A DNA stretch of 64,000 nucleotides from assembly GCF_964204645.1 (NCBI RefSeq), contig NC_134027.1, forward strand, positions 1,208,385 through 1,272,384, read 5' to 3'. The stretch comes from Tubulanus polymorphus (lineage: Eukaryota > Animalia > Nemertea). Numbering within the stretch: position 1 is the first letter of the stretch; each line of letters starts with the position of its first letter. The notes under the pieces were generated by a model. It saw nothing but the letters and a program-made list of their open reading frames with translations, ran no database searches and was not told where the DNA came from. This document shows, in pieces, positions 49,095-61,626 of the stretch. Both the position numbers and the translations under genes were made by a program.

Positions 49095-50070
49095 AGATAA
49101 TCACTGATCAAGATTGACAGTTATAATTCATAATTGTTGAACTTGATCAGAGATTTTCAAGATCGATTTTAAGGTGATTCAGAAGTTTAAATCTGATGTT
49201 TTAATCTCTGGGACTCAGATATTAAATCAATAGATTTTTACTGCTGAATGATCTTCATGTACAGATGAGCTACAATTGTTCCTAGTGTGTTCTGTTAAGA
49301 CTGATTAAAGGGTGGAAAAACTTGACTCAAATTCAAATTGAGTCAAGTTTTTCTAAGATAATCTCTGATCAAGATCGGCAGTTACCGGTATAATCCATAA
49401 TTGTTGAACTTGATTGGTGATTTTCAAGATCTGTTTTAAGGTGATTCACAAGTTTAAATCTAATGTTTTAATCTCTGGGTTCCAGATATTAAATCAATAG
49501 ATTTTTACTGCTGAATGACCTTCGTGTTCAGATAAGCTACAATTGTTCCTAGTGTGTTCTGTTAAGAAAGGGTGGAAAAACTTGACCCAAATTCAAATTG
49601 AGTCGAGTTTTTCCAAGATAATCTCTGATCAAGATCGGCAGTTATAATCCATAATTGTTGAACTTGATTGGAGATTTTCGAGAACTGTTTTTAAGGTGAT
49701 TCAGAAGTGTGAATCTGATGTTTTAATCTCTGGGTTTCAGAGATTAAATAAATAGGTTTTTACTTCTGAATCACTTCGGGTTTAGGTAAGTTAAAGTGGT
49801 TTCTATTGTAATCTGTTAAACTGATTAAAGGGTGGAAAAACTTGATTCAAATTAATAATCTGAATCAAGTTTTCCAATGATAATCCGCGATCAAGTTCAG
49901 CAGTTATAATTCATAACTGTTGAACTCAATTCACAATTAAATGAACTGCTTTAAGGTTATTCAGAAGTATAAATCTGATGTTCTAATCTCTGGGTTTCAG
50001 AGATTAAATCAATAGGCTTTACTTCTGGATCACTGTTGGGTTTTGATAAGTTGTAAGTTGTTCCTATTGT
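49095..50070. repeat. ~260-bp diverged tandem repeat (~4 copies) with two internal palindromes
   Basis: GAAAAACTTGACTCAA-N7-TTGAGTCAAGTTTTTC and AATCTCTG-N5-CAGAGATT recur with ~260-bp period. Confidence 0.85.
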
Positions 50071-52037
50071 TTAAATGAATTGGTAGAAATTCTATTTTTA
50101 GGTGACAGGTCAAATAGATTAGAGCAATAATTTATGCAGAGGTTGAATTAATTTAATGTTTAATATACCAAAGAATGGTTTATTGTGAAGATTTAATTAA
50201 AATCTTAAATAAAGAGTTGTTCAATTTCATAAATGTTTTGTTTTCGATGAAGTTTTTTCATTTTCTGGATTTGAGGAATTTGACTTTAAACACATCAGTG
50301 GATTCAGCACAGTTCTGTGGACACAGTTTTGGGACCAAGACCTGGAGACACAGCTCAAGACCCAGTTACAAGTTCAACTGGACTCCATCCCAAAAAACCC
50401 TGGGCCCTTCAAACCTTTAAGTAAGATGCTCACTTATAGATTCATAAAATTGACCCTTATTATCATGTCATCTGCAGCACCATCTCAGAGGCTTAAACCA
50501 AGAATTTCTTGTAATGTTCAACAAATGTGAATTACATTAAGTAATTTTTGAGATCGACTTACACCTGAGTTTTTTCTAAATCACAGTCTACTTATTTCAT
50601 AGTCATCCACGATTTCATAGCTCTCTAACTATTCAACCCTTTCCCTGATGGGCCCTGGCCCCAATTGCTGAACCCAGTTCTCCAAGTCTAATTTCTGGGT
50701 TTAGTGGTTTATCAGGAAATTATTGGATTAATTGGAAATATATCTAACAGTCATAATAAAGTTTAAAATTAATCATTTGACATATCGTAATTGATTTTGT
50801 TCGCCACAACGCCTTTCTCAGCAGGATTATAGCATTTTACTTTCTATGGGTTTTTTAAAGGTAAGTTTTCAAAGGACAGAATGTCCGAATATACGTCCGG
50901 ATCCGCCTTTATATGCCTCATTCCGATTCTGCTCATTTGCATATATTTTCAGCAAGTGGAAATCCCCGAATTCCAAGATGGCGGCGACCATGATATATCA
51001 AATAACAACTATTTTGGGCCAAATCAACGCTTTCTCAAGCTCAATATGAGTTTTCCCGAGTGCAAATGTAACTTAAAGAGAAAATAATCCTGTTGGTTAG
51101 TTATATTTTTGATAATCGAATTTATTTGCAATGTTAAAGTGAAGTTCCAATGACAGATAGAAACGTTGAAAGACTGGGGTAGATTGAAACATGCCCTAGC
51201 CACTGGCCACTATCATATGAACAGTCCTAAACGTTTTGATCCAACTGCACCAGTTGAGGTCACTAACTGTGTGGCCCTTATTTAACAATAATGTGTACAT
51301 ATAAGCACAACGGCCCCCAAACTGCAGTTGCTCTGTTGGTTTTAAACCTGTATATAGTCTTAGTCATTTTTGATCTTATCATCTGTTCTCCACCTTTTTG
51401 AGTGTGAGAGTTTTATGAACTGTTGTGTAGATTGAGGAAGTCGATAGAAAGAGATGAAAATTGTTAAAGTTGTTATCATGAAAATGACTGAGCTTACTAT
51501 GTACAGTATATACGACCCAGAGGGACATGGCTTATTATGAGAAACATTGAGGTTTTCATGAAAGTTCATGAATTTTGCATGAAAGTACAATGTTGGAAAA
51601 TATATCCCCTGTCACACTCCCTGATTCTTTTTCATTGCCCTCATTTCTCTGAAAGGCCCTTCAACTGAATCAGTCTCCAGTCGAAAAGGTTCCTCTTATA
51701 AGTTCAATTGTCTATAACTGATGATGTGATGTGAAGAGTCTACAATTGAACAAATACCGCATTGAAATCAAATCTTCTCTATTTCAGGCATTACTTCTGG
51801 CATAAAACACTATTCAAGCAATGTAGGAGCATTTATAGGCGCAGCAGGAAGGAGGAGTTCAGGAGCAGCATCATATAGGAGTTGCACAGGAGCAGCATCA
51901 TAGGAGTAGTGCAGGAGCAGTGAGAGCTTCATAGGAGCAGCAAGACCAGCATCATAGATAGGAACAGTAGCTGAAGGAATGAAACAAGATAAGTAGCATT
52001 TGAAATATAGAAAATAGAAAAGCTGTAGAATGTTTTC

Positions 52038-55000
52038 TATTGTAAAAATATTTTCAAATTCAGTCTGATTTGTGCCAGATTGTAACTGTAGAAGTTTCAC
52101 TCATTGTTTCAGTCTAATTGAGATGTGGCTGGTGTACATGTAACATTGACTGTGTAACACTGCAGTCATTTCTTCAATTATTCCTCCTCAGTTGGAAGAA
52201 TGTTTGTTCTCTTATCTTCATTAGCGATAAGAATCAATCCCATCCGTCTAACAACAGCATCGTAACATTTCCACTTATCTTATCCTAGAGGGAATGAGCA
52301 GTATGAGGTTTGGGTATGGAGTGGGGCAGGGTAAGGTGTAGTTGACAGTTAGGGTAGGATAGGGTAATGTGATGAGGTAAGGTCGGTTTGATGATGCAGG
52401 GTTATTTGATGTGGTTGGATTCGATGATGAGTTTGATATGGAACTGGTCGAGGTGGGTGTTTGTGGTAGTGTACGGTGTGTATGTTCGGAGGGTGTATGA
52501 TAACTGATTGATAGGTTGCTGTTAGAGGTCAGTGCAGTAGTGATGCTGGTATAGTTTGTGTAAGGTAGGCGTCGGTGTACCGGGTTAAGTATAGGGTAAG
52601 GCATGGTCAGAGTAATGTTACCGTAGAGGAAAAGTTATGTGGGGAAGGGTGTTTTTGTTTTCAGCCCACTTGAGACTTAAGTCTCAGCGGGCCGTTGCAT
52701 TTTCTTTTCATCCGTTGTCCGTTTGTGCATCCGCAGACGGAATACAGTTATTTTTGGAGGTTTTTAAGTTTTCCAACGCCACTGCATATGTTCTCCAGGG
52801 GGTGTTGAGTATAGAATTTTCATATTGTCAGGAATTTCACCAAGTGTGCATGGTGTCCCTGGACTCCACAATTTTGAAATTAGGGTGAATTCTGTAGAAT
52901 TCTAATGATTGGTTAAATGGGCATCACTCTTTATTGGAATTCTGTGCTTAAAATATTGAATATGAAAGTAAGAACAGACGTCGTAGCTGTCACTGTGGAC
53001 AGTGAATCTATTTCTGATTTGTGTGGATGTGATGGCGCAGGTGGTGGCCATAACTTCGAGGTCACCTCTTAATCATTACATGTCCTTAGATGGATAGGAC
53101 ACAAGGGTAAATGAAAACATTCTTTAGGTTACTGCCAGGTTTTAGGGTATCGTACCAAGCCTTACCTTCCCGACCTCCTTCCCGCGCTAGCTATTCCAAA
53201 ATCTCTATATGAGATACATCGATAACGATGCTACTGAAGATTGAATTCATCGATTCATTTTGGAATTGAAACTTGTTTCATGGAACAAATGGTGCTGCAA
53301 ATAAACAATATCATCAAACAATGATTCTGATTGACTATAGTGAACTGCTGCCCTACTACTGGTTTTAAAAGCACTGATTGAGATAGATTCAAACCCAGTT
53401 CAATTACTTATTTCCGAACACTTACTGCCGGTTGGTACTGGTACATAGCCAGGAGAGACAGCCATAAGAAAAAGAAAGAAAATGAAGAACATGAAGAGTG
53501 GGGGGTTTAGTCCACTGTCTGCCTAGCGGGTAGGCAGTGGTCTATTACTACCTCGACTCAAAAAAAAGGTGAGCTTAAAGCCACCAAGCACAAAAGTGGG
53601 GTCCGAAGGGTAGTCCTCTGCTGGCTTAGAGGGCAGGCATTGGTCTATTCTTACCTCACGTGCTTAAAAATTTTCACAAAAATGGCTATTAAGAGAGAGA
53701 GAGTGAGAGAGAGGAGGTGCTAAGTTTCCTGTACTTGACTGGGTGTAAAGTGATCAATAATGGAAATCATTTACGGTAAACCTTGAGTTTACTAACAATG
53801 TATTTTGGGTTCAGAGTCTATTTCCCAACAGTTTGCTGTTCACAAGCTGGTAGTAGGGTAAAAACTACCGGTATTCAGAGATTTGTGAATCAGAAGTTTT
53901 GCCATCATTTGCTTCATGAATCATTCACTTGTTAAAATGAATGATGTGACACACATGTAAAATACTGTTACTGATTTATCATTTTTGATGGTGTCTTGAT
54001 ATTCAATATGTTGCAGGTATCGTCTCCTAGTATTTCACATAGAATTGAGGAGTAGTTTGAGTGAGTGGGAGGCATGGAGAGATTGGGCTCAAGATATCTC
54101 ACTCGTTTGTTTAGGTTTAGTTTGGGATCATCTTATTCAGCTTCAGTGTATATAATACATCCTCGACTACTTTTCAACTAGTAGTTCATCGTAGGTTTTT
54201 GACATCACATCCATAGCTCCTTCCACTACTCGTGAATTTACAATTCATTCCTATCCGATGATGCTATTTATGATGGAATGTGTTAAAGTAGATGTCTATG
54301 TGTTTTCATCTTTTGGTAAATCGTGAAAAATTCTGGCTAATTTGAATCGAAAGCCATTGATTATTATCTTGCGCGGTAATGATGGAAAAATTCAAAATGC
54401 GAATAGCTGTGTGGAATAAGAGAATGTCTTGAAAGGATTTGAGACATTGAGATGTGTAAAGAGAGACTGATTACACCTGTACTGTCCTAGCCCCTCCCCA
54501 GGCAGTCACCACCTCGCCCCAACCAATTTTACCAAATCACCCTCACCTCAACAACATCAAAATCCCTTTCACTTTTCCTCTACCATTATTTTTACCATGC
54601 CGGCTACCTTATCCCTAACCCTGCAAACCACACTCTACTCTACACAAACCATACCAACATCACAACTGTACCGTCCTCCAGCACCAACCTTTCTTCATTG
54701 TCAGACACCTCTCTAATTATACATCGTACACTACCACGTACACCCACCTCGACCGGTTCTATAACAAGCTGATCATCTAATCCAGCCATATCAAACAACC
54801 CTGCATCATCCAACCTGACCTTACCTTACCACAATACCCTATCCTCCCCTAACATGTCAATCACACCATTCCCTTTTCCATTCCATTCCCAAGCGCCATA
54901 CTACTCATTCCCTCTATGATTGAATAAGATAGAAATGTTACAATGTTGTAGTTAGACGGATGGGATTGATTTTCTTTGCTAATGAAGATGAGAGATCAAA

Positions 55001-55165
55001 CATTCTTCTAACTGAGGAGGAATAAGTGAACAAACTACAGCGGTGTTACACACTCAATGTTACATGTACATCAGTTATATCTCAATTAGACTGAAACAAT
55101 GAGTGAAACTTCTACAGTTACAATCTGACACAAATCAGACTGTGTCAGAAAACATTTTTACATTA
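52038..55165. repeat. ~600-bp diverged inverted duplication (52038..52635 vs 54570..55165) around a ~1.9-kb spacer
   Basis: CAGTCTGATTTGTG..TGTAACTGTAGAAGTTTCACTCATTGTTTCAGTCTAATTGAGAT matches the reverse complement at 55078-55142; similarity continues inward. Confidence 0.85.
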
Positions 55166-56648
55166 GCCCCACGTGCTGAGTGGATGATAGACATCATGAG
55201 ACTCATCAAATTTTGAGAAATTAGTTTAATTGAAAAATTAATCTAAGCAATGTCTGTTTTTGCATTTCAGAGGTTGATGTTACCTGAACATGCAGTTCTG
55301 AGCTGACTCCAGATCAGGTGAGCATGTATGCAGTGAAATTGGATAAAATCATGAGATTTTCCAAGAGCTCTTATTAGTGGAATTTTATCTCTAATAGCCC
55401 TTGATCCAAGTGCTGCCCAGTGAGACACTGTCTGGTGAACTCAACATCCAAGTGCTGCAGAATCTAGGTTTGAATTCTCTTAGATTTTTTAAACCTAAAA
55501 TTCTAAGATATTCTGTAAAGACAACAATTTGACCAGTTGTCCTTTTGACTGCATGTTTTGAGTGATTTCCAATTAGCTACATGATTCAATGTGTGGTTGT
55601 CAAATGGCTCAATATTTCCCAAACCATTTTCTAATTCATAACTGTCAAAATTCATTTGTTCAATCATGAGGTCTAGAATTGGTTTTCATTGAATACATGA
55701 AATCCAGATATTTTATTTGTTGATTTCAAAATTATTTATTTCGCCGATTCATTTCTAATCTCACTTTGGCAACTCATTCTGAATCAGCGACGGAAGGTGA
55801 CAAACTAGTCACATCGAAATACGCTGTGCTCGGTGCCTCGGGATCCGAACCCAAACCTGACCACACGTATAAATCCAATTGAATCCATTCGGGTTCTTCC
55901 TTTTCTTAGTTAAACTCGTTTCTGTGGTTGCGAGACGGCGGGAAGAAAAATAGCGGTGGCGGTAAGGGGGGTGGTAGCCCTTTAAGTGAATATGCTCGGT
56001 GACAGGGATGGCGAAAGGCCACCCGGGGAGGACGATAGCATGAGGGCGTCGGACGCTCCTTTACTGAACCGCGGACTCTGGGGCCCGAGAGTATCGTGTG
56101 TATGATCACTTACTCGATAGGGTAGTCATGTGCGTCAAGAGATACGGGCATTTCTATCCTAGCCTCAGTTGTCTGCGGGGACGCACCTTAAAACAGTTTG
56201 AAAAAATCACCTCGAACATGTTTAAGCATAATTCACGGGCGCCAAAAAAAAGAATAAACAGAAAGAAAGAAAGAGGTGTCGGTCGTTTTTATAAACCACT
56301 AGGGGCGAGTTTAGCTTAGGCGAGGAATTTGGCATCTTAGAAATATATTCGAAATTCCTAGGTTTTAATAGAGAATTCAGCAGGGAAAATATTTGAGTAT
56401 TTTATGTGATTCAATTCTAAATTGTAACCTCATCGTGCAATGTATTTTATTGGAATGAACTTAAACAATCAGGCTGGACTTTCACGTGATGTTTTGAAAT
56501 ATAGATTCAGGAACATTGACAATTCCTGATTTGAAGCACATGTTTTTACCACAAAGCAGTTAAACTTTACTCTATCTACTGTATGATTACATTCTAACAT
56601 GTATTTCTTTCCATTATTTTTCTATCATTCACGCCGAGATCATCTACT

Positions 56649-56896
56649 CCCAGTGAGAACTGTCTGGTGAACTCAACATCCAAGTGCTGCAGAATCTACC
56701 TCCAGTGATACACTGTCTGGTGAACTCGACATCCAAGTGCTGCAGAATCTACCCCCAGTGAGACACTGTCTGGTGAACTCAACATCCAAGTGCTGCAGAA
56801 TCTACCTCCAGTGAGACACTGTCTGGTGAACTCAACATCCAAGTGCTGCAGAATCTACCCCCAGTGAGACACTGTCAGGTGAACTCAACATCCAAG
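56649..56896. repeat. 53-bp tandem repeat (~4.7 copies) plus a solo copy near 55417
   Basis: CCAGTGAGACACTGTCTGGTGAACTCAACATCCAAGTGCTGCAGAATCTACC. Confidence 0.9.
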
Positions 56897-57532
56897 GAGA
56901 TGATCTGTTAATTACACTCATGGTTGTGCTGGCTACTGATATGGGAGGTATGTATCCTATCCGGAGCCAATTTCACTTTGATTCCAACAACTAATTTCTT
57001 ATGATACTCCATTTCATTTTCCATTAGAAGGAACTGTGTTATTATGATTTGTCTGAGTGTCCGTTAATGTTAGTTGAACTGTAACCCAGAGAAGTGAACC
57101 GTGGATGTTATAACTCCACAGATGTCATGTATGTATCAGGACAACTTTCATTATCAATGAATATATGTTTTATTTTTTCATAATCTATGAAATAGATGTC
57201 ATTGAATCTGTTATTTTCATTTCAGTGTCCTAAGTTTAACTGTAAAGGATAGAACCGATAGCTGAATTGAATTCAACTCCTCCGGCAATGTTTGAGTCAG
57301 CTTCAGATATGAGTGGTATGTGTGTATGGAGACGAATTCAATTTGTGAGAATCTGTGAGATATAAATGTTACAATGTAGAATTTGTTATTCTCATTTCAG
57401 TGTCCATCAATATTAAGCTGAACTGATGCAGAATGAACTTATAGATAATGAACTGAATTGCTGGAGTCAGCTACTACTGGTCTGTGGTATGTGTTTGGAG
57501 CCAGAAATTTAACAATGACTGTAATATAATCT

Positions 57533-57679
57533 CAGAGCTGCCAACTGTTACTGATTTTCAGTATTTGTAACGATTTTGTTACGAGAAATACTGATTTAGT
57601 TAATTCACATTTTGATGAAATGTTACTGAAAAAAGCTCAATTTGTTGGTGATAACACTTTTCAGGGGTTGGCAGCCCTG
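57533..57679. mobile_element. hAT-like MITE with 6-bp TSD
   Basis: TIR CAGAGCTGCCAAC / GTTGGCAGCCCTG; TAATCT duplicated at both flanks; sister copy 61040..61226. Confidence 0.75.
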
Positions 57680-60115
57680 TAATCTGATAAATAGATGTAA
57701 TAAACAGATTGTTCTCATTTCAGTGTCCGATCAATGTTAGTTACACTATAAGGAATAGACGTAGCTGAATTGAACTGAACTGATCCACAGTGAATATTTG
57801 AGTCACCTTCAGATATTAGTGGTATGTCTGTATGCAGACAAAATTCTATTTTAACAACTGAGTTTGTGTTTTAAATCTTTGAAATAAGTAGGCCTATAAT
57901 ATCATTGAATCTGTTATTTTCATTTCAGTGTTTGTCATTATAAGCTGAACTGGTAAATAATTAACGTACAAACTCCACTGGTTGAGTCACCTACAGACAC
58001 ATGGTATGTGTATAGAGATTAATTCAATGAATCTGAAATACTTTGTTTCTTAGTTTTAAATGATTTTCCATTTTGTTTTAATCTGTTAGGAGATGAACTG
58101 AACAAATCAACAGTTCGAATTCTGTATCAATAAGTGGTATGTATGAAAACAGAATTTCAACAACTTATTTCATAATTTCCTGCAATAGAATCTGATAAAT
58201 AATTGCTATTGAATCCGTTGTTTTCATTTCAGTGTCAATCATTGTTCGTTGAACTGTAAAGAATGAATGAACCAACATCTTATTTGAACTGAACTCTACA
58301 GTCCATGGTTGAATCTATAGCTATAGACATACAGTACGTGGTGTGTGTGTATGGAGGCAATTTCAATTTAATTGAAACACTTGTTTCATTATAATTATTA
58401 ATGATTATTATGATTATCCATTTTGTTTTAATCTGTTTAGGAGAAACCTGAACCAAGGATGTTATATTGCCACAGATATCATGTATGTATCAACGTCTTT
58501 CTGTTTTATTCCGTTTCTGTTCTGCAGAAGAATCTGAGATGATTATAATGTTATGGACTGAATGTGTTTTCCATTTTAGTTTCCATCAATGTTAGTTGAA
58601 CTGTAACTGATAGAAGAGAACCATGGACGTTATAACTCCCCACAGATGTCGTGTATGTATCTGTAGAGGAATCTTTGAGAGATAGATTTTATAGAATCTG
58701 TTATTTTCAGTGTTGATCAATGTTAGTTGAACTGTAATGAGTAAAACCAGTAGTTACTTCACAGTCAATGGTTTAGTCAGTAACAATGTATGTGATGTGG
58801 TTTGTGTATATGGAGACAATTTCATTATTTTCATTAATTATTTGTTAGGCAATGACCAATTGTCCATGGGATGACCGATTACTAGTAGATGACCAGGGTT
58901 GACCAATTGCCAGATGACCAATTGCCAGAAATGATCAGGGAACAGTCAACATGTATGTATCGAGACAATTTTCTGTTGTTTTGAGGAATCTCATAGAATC
59001 TGTTATTTTTATTTCAGTGTCCGTCATCATGAGTTGAAACGAATATCTGATTTGAAGTGAACTCTGCAGTCATTCAACAGTTGAGGAGCCCTTACACATA
59101 TATAAGTTACGTATTAGTGATATTTACCACTGACAGACAATTAAAACAACTTGTATTATAATGATTTGCTGTTTGTGAATGAACTTGAGAACAGTCGCTA
59201 CTCCTTAATGCTATCAGTTACAGCCACCTTTTGATAGAATCTCTGTCTAAACCTCTTGCATGATCATCTCTATCTCAATTATAATATAATAAATACTAAT
59301 CCTTCATTTTAACTCTCTTCTATTCTAATACATTGTATGAGTCAAAAGATGGTTGTCATCGATAGAATTAGGGACGCTATACAGCTGGCTAATTGTCATA
59401 ATCTAAACCCTTTTCACTGCATACTCTGTGACCCTCCACTTCAATACATTTTAATTGATTCAATTGCACCAACTTTTTATTTTTTTTTTCATGTCAGCGT
59501 CAATCGTTTTTACCTGCTGCAGGTAGAAATGAATCCACTGCTTGAGTGGCTATAAAAGTCGGTGGTGAAGACAAGTACACTCAATTGGAGACAATAATTT
59601 CTTTGAGATCTGACAGTGGTAGGAATTGTAACATTTTAATAAATAAGGGGTACATCTAGAAAATTGGAAGACACGTTTTAATTGATATCTGTTATTTTAC
59701 GTGTTTCAGCTTCAAGTTCATCCGAGTTCTACCAAATGAGATTATTCACCCATGAAGACTCGACTGATTCATACCCACATAAGGTAGTTGTACTTTCATT
59801 TTTATTAAACATTTCAATAATTAAAATTGGCGCTATTAAGAAGAAAAAAGAAATTCATAAATTGCATTATTTAAAGTACTTTGATTTAAAACCTATTCAT
59901 AAATAACAATGCGGTACCGCTGCATAATAGATGGCACCACTATACGGTCGTTGGTACTACTAGACTGGTTACCTGTATAATAAGTACAATACAATGAATT
60001 TTATTCGCACGGTGTCGGATGTATTGGCATTGAAGCGCTCACTTATAATTCTATTGTATTGAATGTAGACCCAGAAAACCACGAAGGCTGCATTACGATT
60101 GCACCTTACACACAG

Positions 60116-60286
60116 GGCCACCTTCGGTTATCGGAGTCAATCGACTTATAGTAGTCCCGGAACTCGGGTGCCGAGTAACTCATGTCAAATGTCGGAACTA
60201 TATTCCGGAAATAGTTCGAAAATCAAGCGCATTCGGTTATTAGTTCCAACCACTAGTCGACTAGCTACCGATTAACGAATTTGGCC
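60116..60286. mobile_element. PIF/Harbinger-like MITE
   Basis: GGCCA/TGGCC termini with CAG TSD; homologous to 19700..19847. Confidence 0.6.
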
Positions 60287-60355
60287 CAGCCTGTCTAACT
60301 CTGGATTCGCAACTGGCAACCGAGTTAAGTGCTTCTCGCTAGCCAGGTTGCCGCT

Positions 60356-60457
60356 AAGCGGCCACCAGTCTATAATATTAACCCAATCACACGTTGTTTG
60401 TCACTCGCTGATTCGCTACGCATCTGATTGGCTAGATATATAGACTGGTGGCCGCTT
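60356..60457. mobile_element. Short MITE-like inverted repeat
   Basis: AAGCGGCCACCAGTCTATA / TATAGACTGGTGGCCGCTT. Confidence 0.55.
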
Positions 60458-61039
60458 GACCATTGAGGCAAGCGAGGATGGTTGCGTGACTTATCGAAAT
60501 GTTCGCTTGCCACAGCAGGAATACCGTCCAATGTAATAAGTGTTTATGTATTTATTGTAGGAATGCCTGGTGATGTAGATCAAGTTCACAGAAACTGAAA
60601 ACAGAAAGAAACCTGGCGGAATCTATTGTGTATAAATAAATATATTTATTATCGTGTTGTGTTGTTTATTCTGAGTGCGATCTGTGGTGATTCAACCACT
60701 TGGTCCTCTCAAGTTTTTTCCCCATCCAAATGTTTGAATCCGTTTGCGCCGTTTTGACTGAAGTGATCTTTAAATTTGTATTAGTTCTAAGACTTAGACA
60801 GGTCTTAAATTCTTTCAGTTGCGGCCACCTCTCGACAAAAATCTATTGTACTAATCCTTAAAAACTTCTAATCGCATGCGTCGAAAGGTGGCTGTCATAG
60901 ATGGAATTAGAGATATGATCAATGTCTAAGATGAATACAATTGCGTTTAATTTGAAACTGCTAAACAGTTGCAGTAAGAGTTAAATAACGATCATCGCTG
61001 TATCTATGCTTTTGATGCTTGTTCCACTCTCAGTAATTA

Positions 61040-61226
61040 CAGAGCTGCCAACTGTTACTGATTGCAGTATTAGTTAGTATTTTATAACGAGAAATACTGA
61101 TCTGATTTGTGAAGGTCTTGCCGTTGATTACTGATTAATTGAACATTCCTTTCATATTTCAATGAAACGTTACTGAAAAAAATTCAATTTGCTACTGATA
61201 GGACTTTTCAAAGGTTGGCAGCCCTG
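61040..61226. mobile_element. hAT-like MITE, sister of 57533..57679
   Basis: Same TIRs; flanks TAATTA / TAGTTA. Confidence 0.7.
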
Positions 61227-61626
61227 TAGTTATCTTGGTCTCGCAACTTTACCACCTTAGTACCGGCGACGCATCACTCGTAGTCCTCCCCTTCCATGCC
61301 GCGCATTTAGCTATCCTCGCTTGCCGCGTTTAATTGGATGCGTTGTTTTTGTACCAATAAATGGGCGCCAATTTAAACCCCGGCAAGCGAGGATTTATTT
61401 GCCACCGTTTGCTCCAGTACTGTGCCATTGTCAGTTAGACTGGGTCTGAAATGGTGGTGGCAAGCTGCAGGTCTGGACTGCGCGACCAACATTTTCCATT
61501 CCTACATCCGAAATCTACACGTTTTCTTGGCAGTTTGGTTGGTTTTTGTTCGAACGCGCCTCTGGTAGTAGACTGGTTGCTAGTTTACATTAGACTGGTT
61601 ACCGGTCTCTATCTTTCATTAGAGAC

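Larger units (their letters stand above)
57028..60645 (+). ncRNA. Candidate multi-exon spliced non-coding RNA built from repeated exon-intron units
   Basis: At least 12 short exons with TTTCATTTCAG/TTAG acceptors and mostly GTATGT donors, introns mostly 58-107 nt, terminal exon from 60561 with AATAAA 60635; stops in all frames. Confidence 0.55.

Noticed and set aside
57028-59100. snoRNA-host or protein-coding reading of the exon array
   Set aside because: Introns are mostly 58-107 nt with no recurring C/D or H/ACA boxes that I could see; exons carry stops in all frames
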